A stretch of DNA of 64,000 nt from assembly GCA_963737905.1 (NCBI GenBank), contig CAVTUQ010000015.1:34290-98289 (forward strand). The letters are read 5' to 3'. Positions 30,500-40,964 of this stretch are shown in pieces. Under the pieces are notes generated by a model. That model was not told the origin of the DNA, did not search any database, and was given only the letters and a program-made list of their open reading frames with translations. The first letter of the stretch is position 1. Every line of letters starts with the position of its first letter. Source of the DNA: an uncultured delta proteobacterium. GTDB taxonomy: Bacteria; Desulfobacterota; Binatia; UBA9968. Position numbers and translations under genes: made by a program.

Positions 30500-31504
30500 A
30501 TGTCTTTGCCGCAAAGCTTCAAAGCAATGGTTGTGAGCGAAATCGCTGGGACGCAGTTCATCAGGGAGGTGAAACAAAAGAGTTTGAGCCAGTTGCCCGC
30601 CAATGAAGTCCTCATAGAGGTCAAGTATTCGTCGTTGAACTATAAGGACGCGCTATCAGCGACGGGGAACAAAGGTGTCACGCGAAACTATCCTCACACG
30701 CCGGGAATTGATGCTGCGGGGACCGTCGTGGAAAGCTCTCATGCGGCTTTTGAAGAGAAAGATGAAGTCCTTGTAACCGGGTTCGATCTAGGGATGAATA
30801 CTTCCGGCGGCTTCGGCCGCTACATCCGGGTGCCGGCAGCCTGGGTTCTGCGACTTCCCGGTAACCTGACCTTGAGAGAAAGTATGGCCTATGGCACGGC
30901 GGGTTTTACAGCTGCGCTTTGCGTTCTGAAATTAGTCACCCACGGACTCACGAGAGATTCAGGGGAAGTTCTAGTGACCGGTGCCACCGGCGGTGTCGGC
31001 AGCATCGCCGTCGGAATTCTTGCCAAAGCGGGGTTTCATGTCGTTGCCGCCACAGGTAAGACAGGAGAGAAAGATTTTCTGACCCGCCTGGGTGCGGAGC
31101 AAGTTATTTCGCGCGCCGAAGCAAATGACAATTCGGGAAGGCCGATGTTAAAAAGCCGGTGGGCCGCGGTGGTGGACACGGTCGGCGGTAGCATTCTGGC
31201 GACCGCCATTAAATCGACCAAGTACGACGGGTGCATTGCTTGCTGCGGTAACGCCATGTCTGCGGATCTTGCTGTGAGCGTTTCCCCTTTTATTCTCAGA
31301 GGCGTGAGCCTGATGGGCGTCAATTCCGTTGAGATGCCTATAGGCGATCGCTTGCTTGCTTGGCAGAAACTCGCCGAGGACTGGAAGCTCGATCTCTCCA
31401 GTGACCTCGTGTCGGAATGCTCCTTGGAAGAGTTGAGCCCAAAAATCAGTCAGATTCTCAAGGGCGGCATTCGCGGGCGAGTTGTCATCAACCTCAATCG
31501 ATAG
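30500..31504 (+). CDS. YhdH/AcuI-family MDR oxidoreductase (acryloyl-CoA reductase-like)
   Basis: YSSLNYKD, GTAGFTA, TGATGGVGS, PFILRGV. Confidence 0.9.
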   Translation: MSLPQSFKAMVVSEIAGTQFIREVKQKSLSQLPANEVLIEVKYSSLNYKDALSATGNKGVTRNYPHTPGIDAAGTVVESSHAAFEEKDEVLVTGFDLGMNTSGGFGRYIRVPAAWVLRLPGNLTLRESMAYGTAGFTAALCVLKLVTHGLTRDSGEVLVTGATGGVGSIAVGILAKAGFHVVAATGKTGEKDFLTRLGAEQVISRAEANDNSGRPMLKSRWAAVVDTVGGSILATAIKSTKYDGCIACCGNAMSADLAVSVSPFILRGVSLMGVNSVEMPIGDRLLAWQKLAEDWKLDLSSDLVSECSLEELSPKISQILKGGIRGRVVINLNR

Positions 31505-31514
31505 AAAACAAATC

Positions 31515-33926
31515 ATGGCCGCTTCACAAGAGAGCAACAACGCCGGGGCCCTCAGCCACATTCGCATCGTTGAACTGGGCGACATTCCTGCGTCTTACGC
31601 GGCCCGCTTGCTTGCTGACTTGGGCGCCGATGTCATCAAGGTCGAACCCCCGGGCGGGGATCCGAACCGGTTGCTCCCGCCGTTCGCGGGCGCCATCGAA
31701 GATCCTGAACGTAGCCTGACCTTCATCAACGCCAATACCAACAAGCGCAGTATCGTGTTGGATTTTCGGGGGGACTCGGCGGACTGCGGAATTTTCGCAA
31801 AGCTTCTCGCATCGGCTCACCTGTTTATTGAAGCTACACCGGTGGGAGATCTTGAAAAACTCGGCTTCACTGGAGATAAGCTGAAGGAAATCAATCCCAG
31901 CTTAGTGACTGTCTCTTTGACACCCTTTGGCCGTACCGGGACTTATCGTCATTACAAGGGTAGTGACGCCATCGCCAACGCTTCAGGAGGATTTTTGTTT
32001 GGCCAGGGCGACGATACGAAGGGACAATGCACGGCGCCCAGTCACCTGGCCTACCAAGTTGCGGCGAGCGTGGCGGCCACGTTGGGACTCGCGGCCATTC
32101 GTCATGCCCGGTTGACCGGCGCAGGCCAGCGCATCGACGTTTCTCTTCAGGAAGCGCTCACGTTTACTAACAGCAGTTCGATTGCACGCTACACTAGAGA
32201 AAATCGGCTGGAGCGGCGGCCCGGCGGCAAAGACTATGGCGGCGCCGGGACAAACATCTACCGCTGCAAAGACGGACGCTATGTCCATTTCACGACCAAC
32301 ATGCCGCACATGTGGCGCGAGTTCGCGCAGAACTGGATCACCGACAAAACCCTTGCGGGTCCTGAATGGGAAAACTCAAGATATAGAGATGCACACGCGG
32401 AGGAAGTGTCCAAAGCCTTCGCAAATTTCATCCGCCAGTTTACCGCCGACGAATTCGCCAATGAAGCGCAGCGGCGACATCTAGCTGCCGCGCCGCTAAA
32501 CACCGTGGGACAATTCGTTGAATCTGAGCAAGTTCGGTCGCGGCAATGGCTTCAAGAGATCGAGCATCCCGTGATCGGCCGTTACACCGCGCCCGGCTTT
32601 CCCATGCGGCTTTCATTGACGCCGATGGGGGTCCGTCGACCCGCACCGCTTTTGAACCAGCATCAGAATGAGATTCTCGCAGAGCTGAAACAAAGTACTC
32701 CACACTCCAGCACTCCAAGTGTAATCGACGATCGCGCTCGTAATGCCCATGCTCGAAGGTCTTCGCATGGCCGATCTCACGCAACAGTATGCCGGGCCCG
32801 CTTGGAACGGCCATGCTGGCGTACTACGGGATGGAGGTTCTCAAGATCGAATCCACGGTTGTTCCCAGCAAAGATCGGGAGACGGCTGCTCATGCCGATA
32901 TGAACCGGGCTAAGCTTGGTTGCACTATCAATTTGCGCCATCCCGAAGGCAAGCAACTTTTCAGGCAACTGGTAGCTGCCTCTGACGTCGTCGTAGACAA
33001 TTTTAGCTCGGGAGTTCTAGAGAGGCTCGGTTTCAGTTTCGACGCTTTGCGAGAGATCAATCCGCGCATCGTGCAAGCCGTGATGCCGGGCTGGGGACTG
33101 ACCGGGCCGCTCAAATCCTGGGTAGCCTGGGGCTGGCAGCTGCTCGCCTATACGGGGATCATGCGGCTTTGGGGCTACCCTGATTCGCCCATGGAAACGC
33201 GTTGCAAAATCGCCTGGCCTGATCGAGTGGGAGCCGTCACCATGACTCTTGGTGTTCTCGCCGCGCTTGAATACCAGCAGCGCACGGGGCAGGGGCAATT
33301 CGTCGAAGCGGGTATGCTCGAAGCGCAGGGCTCGATGATGGGGCCGGCGATCCTGGACTACACCGTGAATGGTCGCGAGTGGGATGCCATGGGTTACCAG
33401 GAAGTGTTAGGCCAACCTTACGCACCTTACGGTTGCTATCCGTGCCGGGGCGAAGACAACTGGATCATCATCGCCTGTGCCAGTGAAGAACAATGGCAAA
33501 GCATGGTCAGCCTAATCGGCAAATCATCTTGGGCTGCCGGTACCGAAATTTGCGACTAAAAGCGGTCGCAAGAAGCATTATGAAGAGCTTGATAAAAATC
33601 TTTCACAATGGACCCGTAAGTCTACACCCCGGCAAGCTTTTAGGTTGCTCCAGAATGCCGGTGTCGCCGCCGGAATCCCTTCTTCCGGCGAGGATTTGTA
33701 TTACGATATCCACCTTCGGGAGCGCGGTCATATCGTCGAGACCGAGGCACAACCCTGGGGCAAGATCACGCATCACGGCTTGCCCGGAATTCCCTCGCTC
33801 TCCACGGCCAATGCAGCACGTCCCGCACCCTGGATCGGCGCGAATAATGATCATGTCTTTGGTAAGATTTTAGGATTAACCCATGAAAAAATCGAAGAAC
33901 TTAAAAAAGCCGAAGCGATTAAATAG
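31515..33926 (+). CDS. Tandem-fused family III (CaiB/BaiF) CoA-transferase, three frameshifts (about 32748, 32798, 33540)
   Basis: Two CaiB domains (LGADVIKVEPPGGD..NTNKRS and YGMEVLKIE..NRAK); catalytic-position Asp only in the second (WPDRVG). Confidence 0.8.
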
Positions 33927-33944
33927 AGGGCCGGCGTTTTTAGA

Positions 33945-33971
33945 TGTCATTTCGACCGGAAGGGAGAAATC
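33945..33971. repeat. Solo REP-like unit (GTCAT-type)
   Basis: tgtcatttcgaccggaagggagaaatc between convergent genes. Confidence 0.5.
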
Positions 33972-33993
33972 CGTTTCGCCCGGAGCTGCTTAG

Positions 33994-35505
33994 TTACAAC
34001 CGGAACACTAGAGACTTAATGGTGACCGGAACCGTTCCCGAAGGCTCTAGGGGCTTGCCCAGGTCGATAAAGTCGAAGTCGTGGAGAGTAACTCCGTCGA
34101 TGGCCAGGACATCGTTCTTGAGTTCAAAGTCATTTTTGAGAATGGTGCCCACCAACCCCGCGAGATCGTGGTCGAAGACCAGATAGATAGGGTGTTCGTT
34201 TGTGATCGTGGCCGGCAGACCGTCCATCAAACCACGACAGAAAGCGGCGATGCGACTGGCTGCCGGAGGCCCGCCCCAAGGAAAAACCAGCGCGACTTCG
34301 GACTCTCCTTCTTTTAAATCAAAAGCTTGAAAATGGCTGGCGATGGCCTGAGCGAGCGCTGAAGGATCGATGGCATCGCTCAGATCGGCGGGCGGTCGCA
34401 GCACCTGGAGGTTTTTTCGCGGCAGCAACTCATCGTTGGAACGATAAATGGTGTTGCCGCTCACTTGGATGGTGTGTTGCGCGGCGCCCATAACCGTGGC
34501 GCGGATGCATTCGCGAGCCGGCGCCAGGGGCCAAGCGAGAGCGCCGTCGTTGATCAGACCGTGAAGCGCTTTTCCCAATGGCGCGCCGAGATCGCCGAAA
34601 GAATGGGTCTCCCTCCCGTAAACATATTCGCCGACACCCCCGGAAAAAACCACGGCATCGTAGTCCTTCGCTCCGCTCAAGGCCGGCGTCAACCAGAGTT
34701 TTTCAAGTTCGGGTGCGGGCTCTTCATCTTGGACGAGCGCAAGAACCACCCGTCCCATGTAGTCTGCCAATCGCGCGATTTGCGCCTCCGTCACGCGGTC
34801 TGCCACTCGCCATTGGAATCCAACTTGGCGGGCCAGAGACTGGCCACCCGGCTCGAGCACTGAAATGGCACCGGCGTCATCGATGGCGAGCAACCTTCCA
34901 CCGACATGAAATGCGGCAGTGCTCAGGATTTTCCCCTTTTCGGCCACAGCCAGCTTGGTGGTCCCGCCACCGATGTCGATGTTCAGGACACGACATTGTC
35001 GCTCGGCCGATAGTGTCACCGCGCCGGAGCCGTGGGCGGAAAGCAACGCTTCAAAATTGTGACCTGCGCTGGCGCAGACGAAGTTGCCGCGCTGCGCCGC
35101 GAAGAGGTCGGCGATGGCCCGGGCGTTATCCCTGCGAATCGCCTCGCCGGTAAGAATGATGGCGCCGCTGTCCACTTGCTCTGGAGTGATTCCCGCCTCT
35201 TGATAGGCAGCGTCAACCAGCTTGCCAAGCGTGTGGTCGTCGATGCGTTCGCGGCCTTCGGTGTAAGGAGTAAAGTGGACGGGCGAGAGATAGAGGGTCT
35301 TTCGCTCAGTCACGACGAAGCGGCTAGACAGCTCGCGCCCCAGCCTGCGCAAGACGAGGCGCGAGAAAATGATCTGGGAAGTCGCCGTACCGACATCGAT
35401 GCCGACGCTGGTGAGGGTTACCGTGTCCAATTTCCACAGCGGATGCTCTTTCTCTTCATCAAACTTATGCTCGTCGTGATCGTGGTGGTGTGGACCATCG
35501 TGCAT
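33994..35505 (-). CDS. eutA: EutA-like (ethanolamine ammonia-lyase reactivase family) ATPase with His-rich N-terminus
   Basis: SVGIDVGTATSQIIFS, GAIILTGE, NIDIGGGTTK, TVMGA and C-terminal VPVTIKSLVF. Confidence 0.82.
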   Translation of the reverse strand: MHDGPHHHDHDEHKFDEEKEHPLWKLDTVTLTSVGIDVGTATSQIIFSRLVLRRLGRELSSRFVVTERKTLYLSPVHFTPYTEGRERIDDHTLGKLVDAAYQEAGITPEQVDSGAIILTGEAIRRDNARAIADLFAAQRGNFVCASAGHNFEALLSAHGSGAVTLSAERQCRVLNIDIGGGTTKLAVAEKGKILSTAAFHVGGRLLAIDDAGAISVLEPGGQSLARQVGFQWRVADRVTEAQIARLADYMGRVVLALVQDEEPAPELEKLWLTPALSGAKDYDAVVFSGGVGEYVYGRETHSFGDLGAPLGKALHGLINDGALAWPLAPARECIRATVMGAAQHTIQVSGNTIYRSNDELLPRKNLQVLRPPADLSDAIDPSALAQAIASHFQAFDLKEGESEVALVFPWGGPPAASRIAAFCRGLMDGLPATITNEHPIYLVFDHDLAGLVGTILKNDFELKNDVLAIDGVTLHDFDFIDLGKPLEPSGTVPVTIKSLVFRL

Positions 35506-35563
35506 TGTTTCCCTCAAAAATTGGATTCGGCGCTGGTTAGGGCTAAGACTTGTTTTGAGAAGA

Positions 35564-35590
35564 GTAGGGGCGACAAGCAAGTCGCCCTAC
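35564..35590. repeat. GTAG-family REP palindrome
   Basis: GTAGGGGCGAC-aagcaa-GTCGCCCTAC. Confidence 0.75.
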
Positions 35591-35593
35591 CGT

Positions 35594-36784
35594 CTATCCG
35601 AAGAGCCCATGCTCGTCCGGGAAGTGAGCCTTCGCCGTTTCTGCTCCGGGCTCGCCGGTACACCACGGGACCATGTTTTTCATTTTGCAAGTGATACCGC
35701 GCGTGCGCAGCTCTTCCTCGAATATGCGATGGATATCCGGCTCCTCGTCTTCATATTCGACCTGGTAGCCGCCCTTTTTGCCGCTGACCTCACCCGTGCG
35801 TAGCACCGTAGACTCGCTTGCCTGCCAGCGATTGGCGGCATATTTGCGGGAAAGACCCTGATTTAGAACCAAGTAGGTGGCCGGCGTGGGACCCACGTTG
35901 AAGTGCTGATGCAGCCAAAGTCCCTCGCCGGCGCCCGAGAGGTAGAGGCTACCTTCCTTCCAGTCACAACGGATGCGCGGGTCGTTGCCCCGCTGGGTCA
36001 GCACGTAGCCTTCGCCTTCAGTGATGTACAGATGAGCACCCGGGCCGTGGCGGTGTCCCTTTTTGTAGTGGCCCGATTCGAAGCGAGAGACGTGGGACTC
36101 CATCATGCCGGCACCCATCACCATGAAGGCGTTGGTACCACCGCCGCCGCGGCTCTTCCACTCGTAAAGCGGCAGTTTCTTGATGTCGGGAATAAAGTTG
36201 GTCTCCCAGACTCGACCGCGGTAAAGCTTGGCCTCGGCGGAAAAGTAGTCCGGTTCCCCGGTGTAGCGATCGCTGAAGTCGTAAGGATTGTTGAAGACAA
36301 AGTCCTCGCTGGCCCACTGCCGCAGCAGTTGTGGCAAGTCGGTCACGGAAAACCAACGTGCGCTTCGTGAAAGGCTGGCGTTAAAGAATTGGTGCCAAGC
36401 GTTGGTCGGCAACACAAAGTAACTGCCCGGACCCCACTCAAAAGTTTGCTTCGGTCCCTTGTCGCGCCAGACTGAGGTGGAGCCGTGTCCGGAGACGACA
36501 TAGGTTGCCTCGGTGTACATATGCCTCAGGGGCGCAGTTGAGCTTCCCGGCGGGAGCTCGACGATGTGCTCATCGCCTTCGTCGTCTCCATCCAGATAGC
36601 AAAGCGCGCCGTTGACTCCATCGCCCTTGCGCGGCCAGGAACCCACCTCCACGGCTTTCATGTCTTTGATGTATACACCGCCCACCAGTGGGACGCCCTC
36701 CCGCTTGCGCCACGCTTCGTATGCGTCCACTCGCACGAGGGCCGGTTGTGTTTCGGGATCTAACGGGGTGTTTGGGCTAGTCAT
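35594..36784 (-). CDS. Bicupin, third homolog
   Basis: RHMYTE..NAWHQFFN and YKKGHRHGPGAH..WLHQHFN. Confidence 0.8.
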   Translation of the reverse strand: MTSPNTPLDPETQPALVRVDAYEAWRKREGVPLVGGVYIKDMKAVEVGSWPRKGDGVNGALCYLDGDDEGDEHIVELPPGSSTAPLRHMYTEATYVVSGHGSTSVWRDKGPKQTFEWGPGSYFVLPTNAWHQFFNASLSRSARWFSVTDLPQLLRQWASEDFVFNNPYDFSDRYTGEPDYFSAEAKLYRGRVWETNFIPDIKKLPLYEWKSRGGGGTNAFMVMGAGMMESHVSRFESGHYKKGHRHGPGAHLYITEGEGYVLTQRGNDPRIRCDWKEGSLYLSGAGEGLWLHQHFNVGPTPATYLVLNQGLSRKYAANRWQASESTVLRTGEVSGKKGGYQVEYEDEEPDIHRIFEEELRTRGITCKMKNMVPWCTGEPGAETAKAHFPDEHGLFG

Positions 36785-36837
36785 GGCGACTTCTCCTATT
36801 ATCTAGGTTAAATTTTTCAATTCTCTATCATCTCTTA

Positions 36838-39024
36838 TCAACCGATTTGCACCAGCGCGTCGACGGCAACGACGCCGTGGCTACTTACATGCACGACAAG
36901 CGGATTGATATCGAGAGCCACGAGCTGCTCTCCCAGACTCATGGCCAGGTTGGAGACCCTGACGATGGCATCGCATAACGCATCCACATCGGCAGGGGAG
37001 TTGCCGCGGCGTCCTGTCAACAACGGCCAGCCTCGAAGTCCCTGTAGAAGGCCACCTGCCTGTTGGCGAGAGATCGGTGGAATTCCAATGGCGACATCCT
37101 TGAGCAGCTCAACGAAGATACCTCCAAAGCCACAGACGACAACCGGACCGAAAAGAGGATCGCGCTTGATCCCCAAGATCATCTCGATCCCCTCGGGAGC
37201 CATGCGTTGCACGACGACGCCGGCGATTTCGGCTGCGGGGAGCTTGTCGGTCACCCGCTCTCGGATGCGGAGGAACGCATCACGGACTTCAGCGGCGCTG
37301 GTAAGGTTCAGTACTACTCCACCGACGTCGCTCTTGTGAGTAATTTGGGCCGACTCAACCTTGAGGACGACTGGAAAGCCGATGCGTTCGGAAGCGGCGG
37401 CCGCTTCTTCGGCGTTGCGTGTCAATAGAGTCGGCATGACCGGAATACCGAAGGAGTCCAGCAAGCGAAACGCCGCTTGTGCCGGCAAAATTCCGGCTGG
37501 CAACCTGGGATGCGATGAAACCGATGCATATTCGTTCTGACCGACCGCTTGCGCGGACTTGCGGAATTGCTGATAGTCCGCCAGATTGCGCAGCGCGCTC
37601 ATCGCGCACTCCGCCCCTTCCATCAAGGGCACGCCGGCTGTCCGCAGTGGAAGCAGGACGTCGGGATCTACCGGACCACCAACGACGGAGCTAAAAATCG
37701 CAATTGGCTTATTTGCGCCGGCAGCAGCATTCGTAATGGCTAAGGCAAACCGGTTACCGCTTTTGAGTTCTTTGGGCCGCGGATCGTTGGCCTCCAAATT
37801 TACGGTAACGATATCTATGTTCGCGTCATCGATGAGCGCCTGGAGCAGACGCGGAAAGATCTTGTCGTCGTCGTACATCGCGCCCGTACCGTCGAGGGGG
37901 TTATTCAGGTTGCCGAAATCGGGGAGAACTTCAGGTAAGCGCGCTTTGGAATCGTCGGATAATTCCGGGATCTCGAGCCCCACGTTCGTGGCGGAGTCGG
38001 AGACCAACGTGCACTCGCCCCCCGATCCACTTAGCACTCCGATGCGCCGTCCACCGTTGTGCCGCTTGACGAAAGTGTCGCAGGAAAAAAGGCTCGCGGT
38101 ATCGATTAATTCGTTCAGGCTGCGAACCTGAACGATGCCCCCTTGACGAAATGCCGCGTCAATAACTTCCGCCGCGCCGGCGAGGGAACCGGAGTGAGTG
38201 GCGGCGGCTCGCTGTGATACCTCAGATCTGCCACCCTTGAGTATGATTAAGGGCTTGTTATGCGCTAGAGCTTTCCGGGCGACCGCCATGAGCTTCGCCG
38301 GCTGTTTGAATCCCTCGACAAAAGCGGCGATGACACGGGTATTTCGATCGTCAATGAAGTAATTCAGATACTCCTCGACCGTTACGCCTGCCTGATTGCC
38401 ACAGGAAACGATATGGCTCAAACCGACGTGGCGATTGAGCATGAGCGCGTTGGCAATAGTCGTGCTCAGGCCGCCGCTTTGCGAAACGAGAGCAACCGGG
38501 CCGGCAAGGAACCCCTGCGGAATGAGTGAGGCGAACAACGGCGCCTTCCCGAATACATTCAACACGCCGTAGCAATTCGGACCGCAAATGAGAAAGTTGC
38601 GCTCCTTCGAAAGCGCTTCAAGTCTCGCTTGTCGTTGTTTTCCTTCTACACCAATTTCGGCGAAGCCCGCGGAGAAAACCACCCCAGCGCGGACACCGGC
38701 CGCTGCAGCAGACTCCAACAAATCCGGAACGTGCCGGTTGGGAACCGCTAAGACGATACAGTCGGGCGGCTCCGGAATAGAAGCGAGATCCGGATAACAA
38801 GGACAATCCATCACCTCGCTATACTTTGGGTTCACAGCGACGATTCGACCCGGGTAACCGAAATTTCGCAAATTGCGAATGACCCGATTGCCTCTGGGCT
38901 CTCGTGCGACACCCGCAGCCGGAGGACGTTGCGATGCGCCAATTACGGCGACGGACTTTGGCTGCATGAGGGGAGCGAGGTCGCGCCAAAGGGATGCTTC
39001 ACTTTGTGTGTGAATTGAGGCCAA
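36838..39024 (-). CDS. ADP-forming acyl-CoA synthetase (fused alpha/beta)
   Basis: VAVIGAS, GPNCYG, SQSGG, phospho-His ATHSGS, HKSDVGGV, LDINPL. Confidence 0.93.
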   Translation of the reverse strand: MASIHTQSEASLWRDLAPLMQPKSVAVIGASQRPPAAGVAREPRGNRVIRNLRNFGYPGRIVAVNPKYSEVMDCPCYPDLASIPEPPDCIVLAVPNRHVPDLLESAAAAGVRAGVVFSAGFAEIGVEGKQRQARLEALSKERNFLICGPNCYGVLNVFGKAPLFASLIPQGFLAGPVALVSQSGGLSTTIANALMLNRHVGLSHIVSCGNQAGVTVEEYLNYFIDDRNTRVIAAFVEGFKQPAKLMAVARKALAHNKPLIILKGGRSEVSQRAAATHSGSLAGAAEVIDAAFRQGGIVQVRSLNELIDTASLFSCDTFVKRHNGGRRIGVLSGSGGECTLVSDSATNVGLEIPELSDDSKARLPEVLPDFGNLNNPLDGTGAMYDDDKIFPRLLQALIDDANIDIVTVNLEANDPRPKELKSGNRFALAITNAAAGANKPIAIFSSVVGGPVDPDVLLPLRTAGVPLMEGAECAMSALRNLADYQQFRKSAQAVGQNEYASVSSHPRLPAGILPAQAAFRLLDSFGIPVMPTLLTRNAEEAAAASERIGFPVVLKVESAQITHKSDVGGVVLNLTSAAEVRDAFLRIRERVTDKLPAAEIAGVVVQRMAPEGIEMILGIKRDPLFGPVVVCGFGGIFVELLKDVAIGIPPISRQQAGGLLQGLRGWPLLTGRRGNSPADVDALCDAIVRVSNLAMSLGEQLVALDINPLVVHVSSHGVVAVDALVQIG

Positions 39025-39039
39025 GTTAAACTCTCTAGA

Positions 39040-39927
39040 TCAGTCCGGTGCTCGTTGCTTTTTCGACCTCGGCCCAAAGGGTTCCGGTTGAAAGGGTCCG
39101 TCGCGGAGCTGCAAGTAGGCCTTCGTTCCTTGATTGAATCGCGCTTCGTCCAGGGGACGTCTAAATTCTTCACGGAGCATCATATGCGCCGGCACCGACA
39201 GTTCAAAATCCAATGCCAATGCGTCACGCAGTCCCATCATGTTTAGGCCCATAGTGGAAATCGCCAGGTTGATCTTCACCGTTTCCGGCGGCACATGAGC
39301 GATGCGTTCGACGATCGAGAAGCATTCTTCGAGAAGCAGGTCCGCCGGTACAACTTTGTTGACCAGGCCGATGCGAAGCGCCTCACCGGCGTCGATATGA
39401 TCGCCGGTAATGCCGTAACGGATGGCATTCTTAAATCCCGCCAGCAGTGTCCACATGAAAGTGGTATTGGAACCATGGCGCACTTCGGGTTGAGCAAACA
39501 CCGCATCGTCGGCAGCGATCGTGATATGCGTGAACAAAGCCAGCCAGCAGCCTCCGCCCATGGCCCAACCTCTGACGGCGCCGATCACAGGCTTCGTCAG
39601 CTCGAAGATGTGCAGCAGCTTGGCGTCGTCCTTTCGCCAGTAGTTGAGGAGGTCCGCCGTGCTCATGTCGGTGGGCATACCCTGGGGCCATTGCATATCG
39701 CGACGCCGGCCGCTGGTGGTTCGTTGGTCGAAACCGGAACAGAATCCGCGCCCGGCTCCGGTCAAGACAATGGCTCGAATTTCCGGATCCGCCTCAGCTT
39801 CGTCCAGCGCTTGATGCAGCTCCTTGAGCATGCTGCGGGTGATCGCGTTGAGCGCTTCGGGCCGGTTCAACGTAAGAAGGACACCGCCCCGCTGCTTCTC
39901 GTAGAGAATCTCTTTGTAATCGACCAT
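39040..39927 (-). CDS. Enoyl-CoA hydratase/isomerase family
   Basis: LNRPEALNA, FCSGFD, MGGG, QPEVRHG. Confidence 0.9.
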   Translation of the reverse strand: MVDYKEILYEKQRGGVLLTLNRPEALNAITRSMLKELHQALDEAEADPEIRAIVLTGAGRGFCSGFDQRTTSGRRRDMQWPQGMPTDMSTADLLNYWRKDDAKLLHIFELTKPVIGAVRGWAMGGGCWLALFTHITIAADDAVFAQPEVRHGSNTTFMWTLLAGFKNAIRYGITGDHIDAGEALRIGLVNKVVPADLLLEECFSIVERIAHVPPETVKINLAISTMGLNMMGLRDALALDFELSVPAHMMLREEFRRPLDEARFNQGTKAYLQLRDGPFQPEPFGPRSKKQRAPD

Positions 39928-39944
39928 GAAAACTCCTGCAGAAT

Positions 39945-39998
39945 TGGAATGATGGAATGTTGGAATACTGGGTATTGGAACATCATTCCATTATTCCA
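39945..39998. repeat. 8-bp period inverted tandem repeat (TGGAATnn / nnATTCCA)
   Basis: tggaatga tggaatgt tggaatac ... catcattcca ttattcca. Confidence 0.75.
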
Positions 39999-39999
39999 G

Positions 40000-40884
40000 T
40001 TATTTGTTTTTTGCCGCTTTCGGGCCGAACGGCTCGGGTTGAAACGGTTTGTCTCTCGCCTCTAGGAACGCTTCCATACCGCCTTTCTTTTTCGCGTCTT
40101 CCAAATGCTTGTTGAACTCTTCCCGTTTGGATAGCCGCGCCATAGCCGCGAGTTCGGCATTCAAGGTCCACGCCTTTCGGAGACCCATCATTTCCATTCC
40201 GCTGGTGGCGATGGCCAGATTGATTTTCACGGTTTCCGGTGGCACATGGGCGACACGCTCGACGAAGGCGAAGCATTCGTCGAGAAGTTTGTCTTTTGGC
40301 ACCACCTGATTCACCAACCCCATTCGTAACGCCTCTTTTGCATCAACAGGGTCGCCGGTGAGTGAGTATCGGAGCGCATTTTTAAAGCCGGCGAGAGCCA
40401 CCCAAATAAAGTCGGTGTTCGCCCCGTGGCGCACCTGCGGTTGGCCAAACACAGCATCATCCGCCGCGATAGTCACATGACAGGTGAGAGCTAGCCATGA
40501 GGCAGCGCCCAAACACCAACCGCTCACAGCTCCAATGATTGGCTTGGGATACTCCCAGCGATAGAGCTGCCGGCCGAGAATGTCTCGCCGATCTGCGTCG
40601 CGGAGACGGTTATATTCATGCACCAATGAGCTTCCTTGGGGAATGCCGTAGGGCCACGCGGTTGCGGGTTCGTCGCCGCTGATATCTTCGCCCACCGAGA
40701 AGGTGCCACCCGCGCCGGTCAGAACGACGGCACGGATTTCCGGATCGGTCTCAGCCTCGGCGAGTGCGTGATCGACCTCGCCAAGTAAATCTTGGTTCAT
40801 CGCGTTCAGTGCATTGGGACGGTTGAGTGTAATCAAGACGCCGCGACGTTGCTTCTCATAAAGAATTGTTTCGTAGTTTGACAT
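40000..40884 (-). CDS. Enoyl-CoA hydratase/isomerase family
   Basis: LNRPNALNA, FSVGED, QPQVRHG. Confidence 0.9.
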   Translation of the reverse strand: MSNYETILYEKQRRGVLITLNRPNALNAMNQDLLGEVDHALAEAETDPEIRAVVLTGAGGTFSVGEDISGDEPATAWPYGIPQGSSLVHEYNRLRDADRRDILGRQLYRWEYPKPIIGAVSGWCLGAASWLALTCHVTIAADDAVFGQPQVRHGANTDFIWVALAGFKNALRYSLTGDPVDAKEALRMGLVNQVVPKDKLLDECFAFVERVAHVPPETVKINLAIATSGMEMMGLRKAWTLNAELAAMARLSKREEFNKHLEDAKKKGGMEAFLEARDKPFQPEPFGPKAAKNK

Positions 40885-40901
40885 GGATGGCTCCTATAGT
40901 T

Positions 40902-40964
40902 TGAGTATTGGAGTGGAAGAGTGTTGGAGTAATGGGAGGATTAAGCTGATATTCCATCACTCCA
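40902..40964. repeat. 8-bp period inverted tandem repeat (TGGAGTnn / nnACTCCA)
   Basis: gagtattggagtggaagagtgttggagtaatgg ... tattccatcactcca. Confidence 0.65.
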
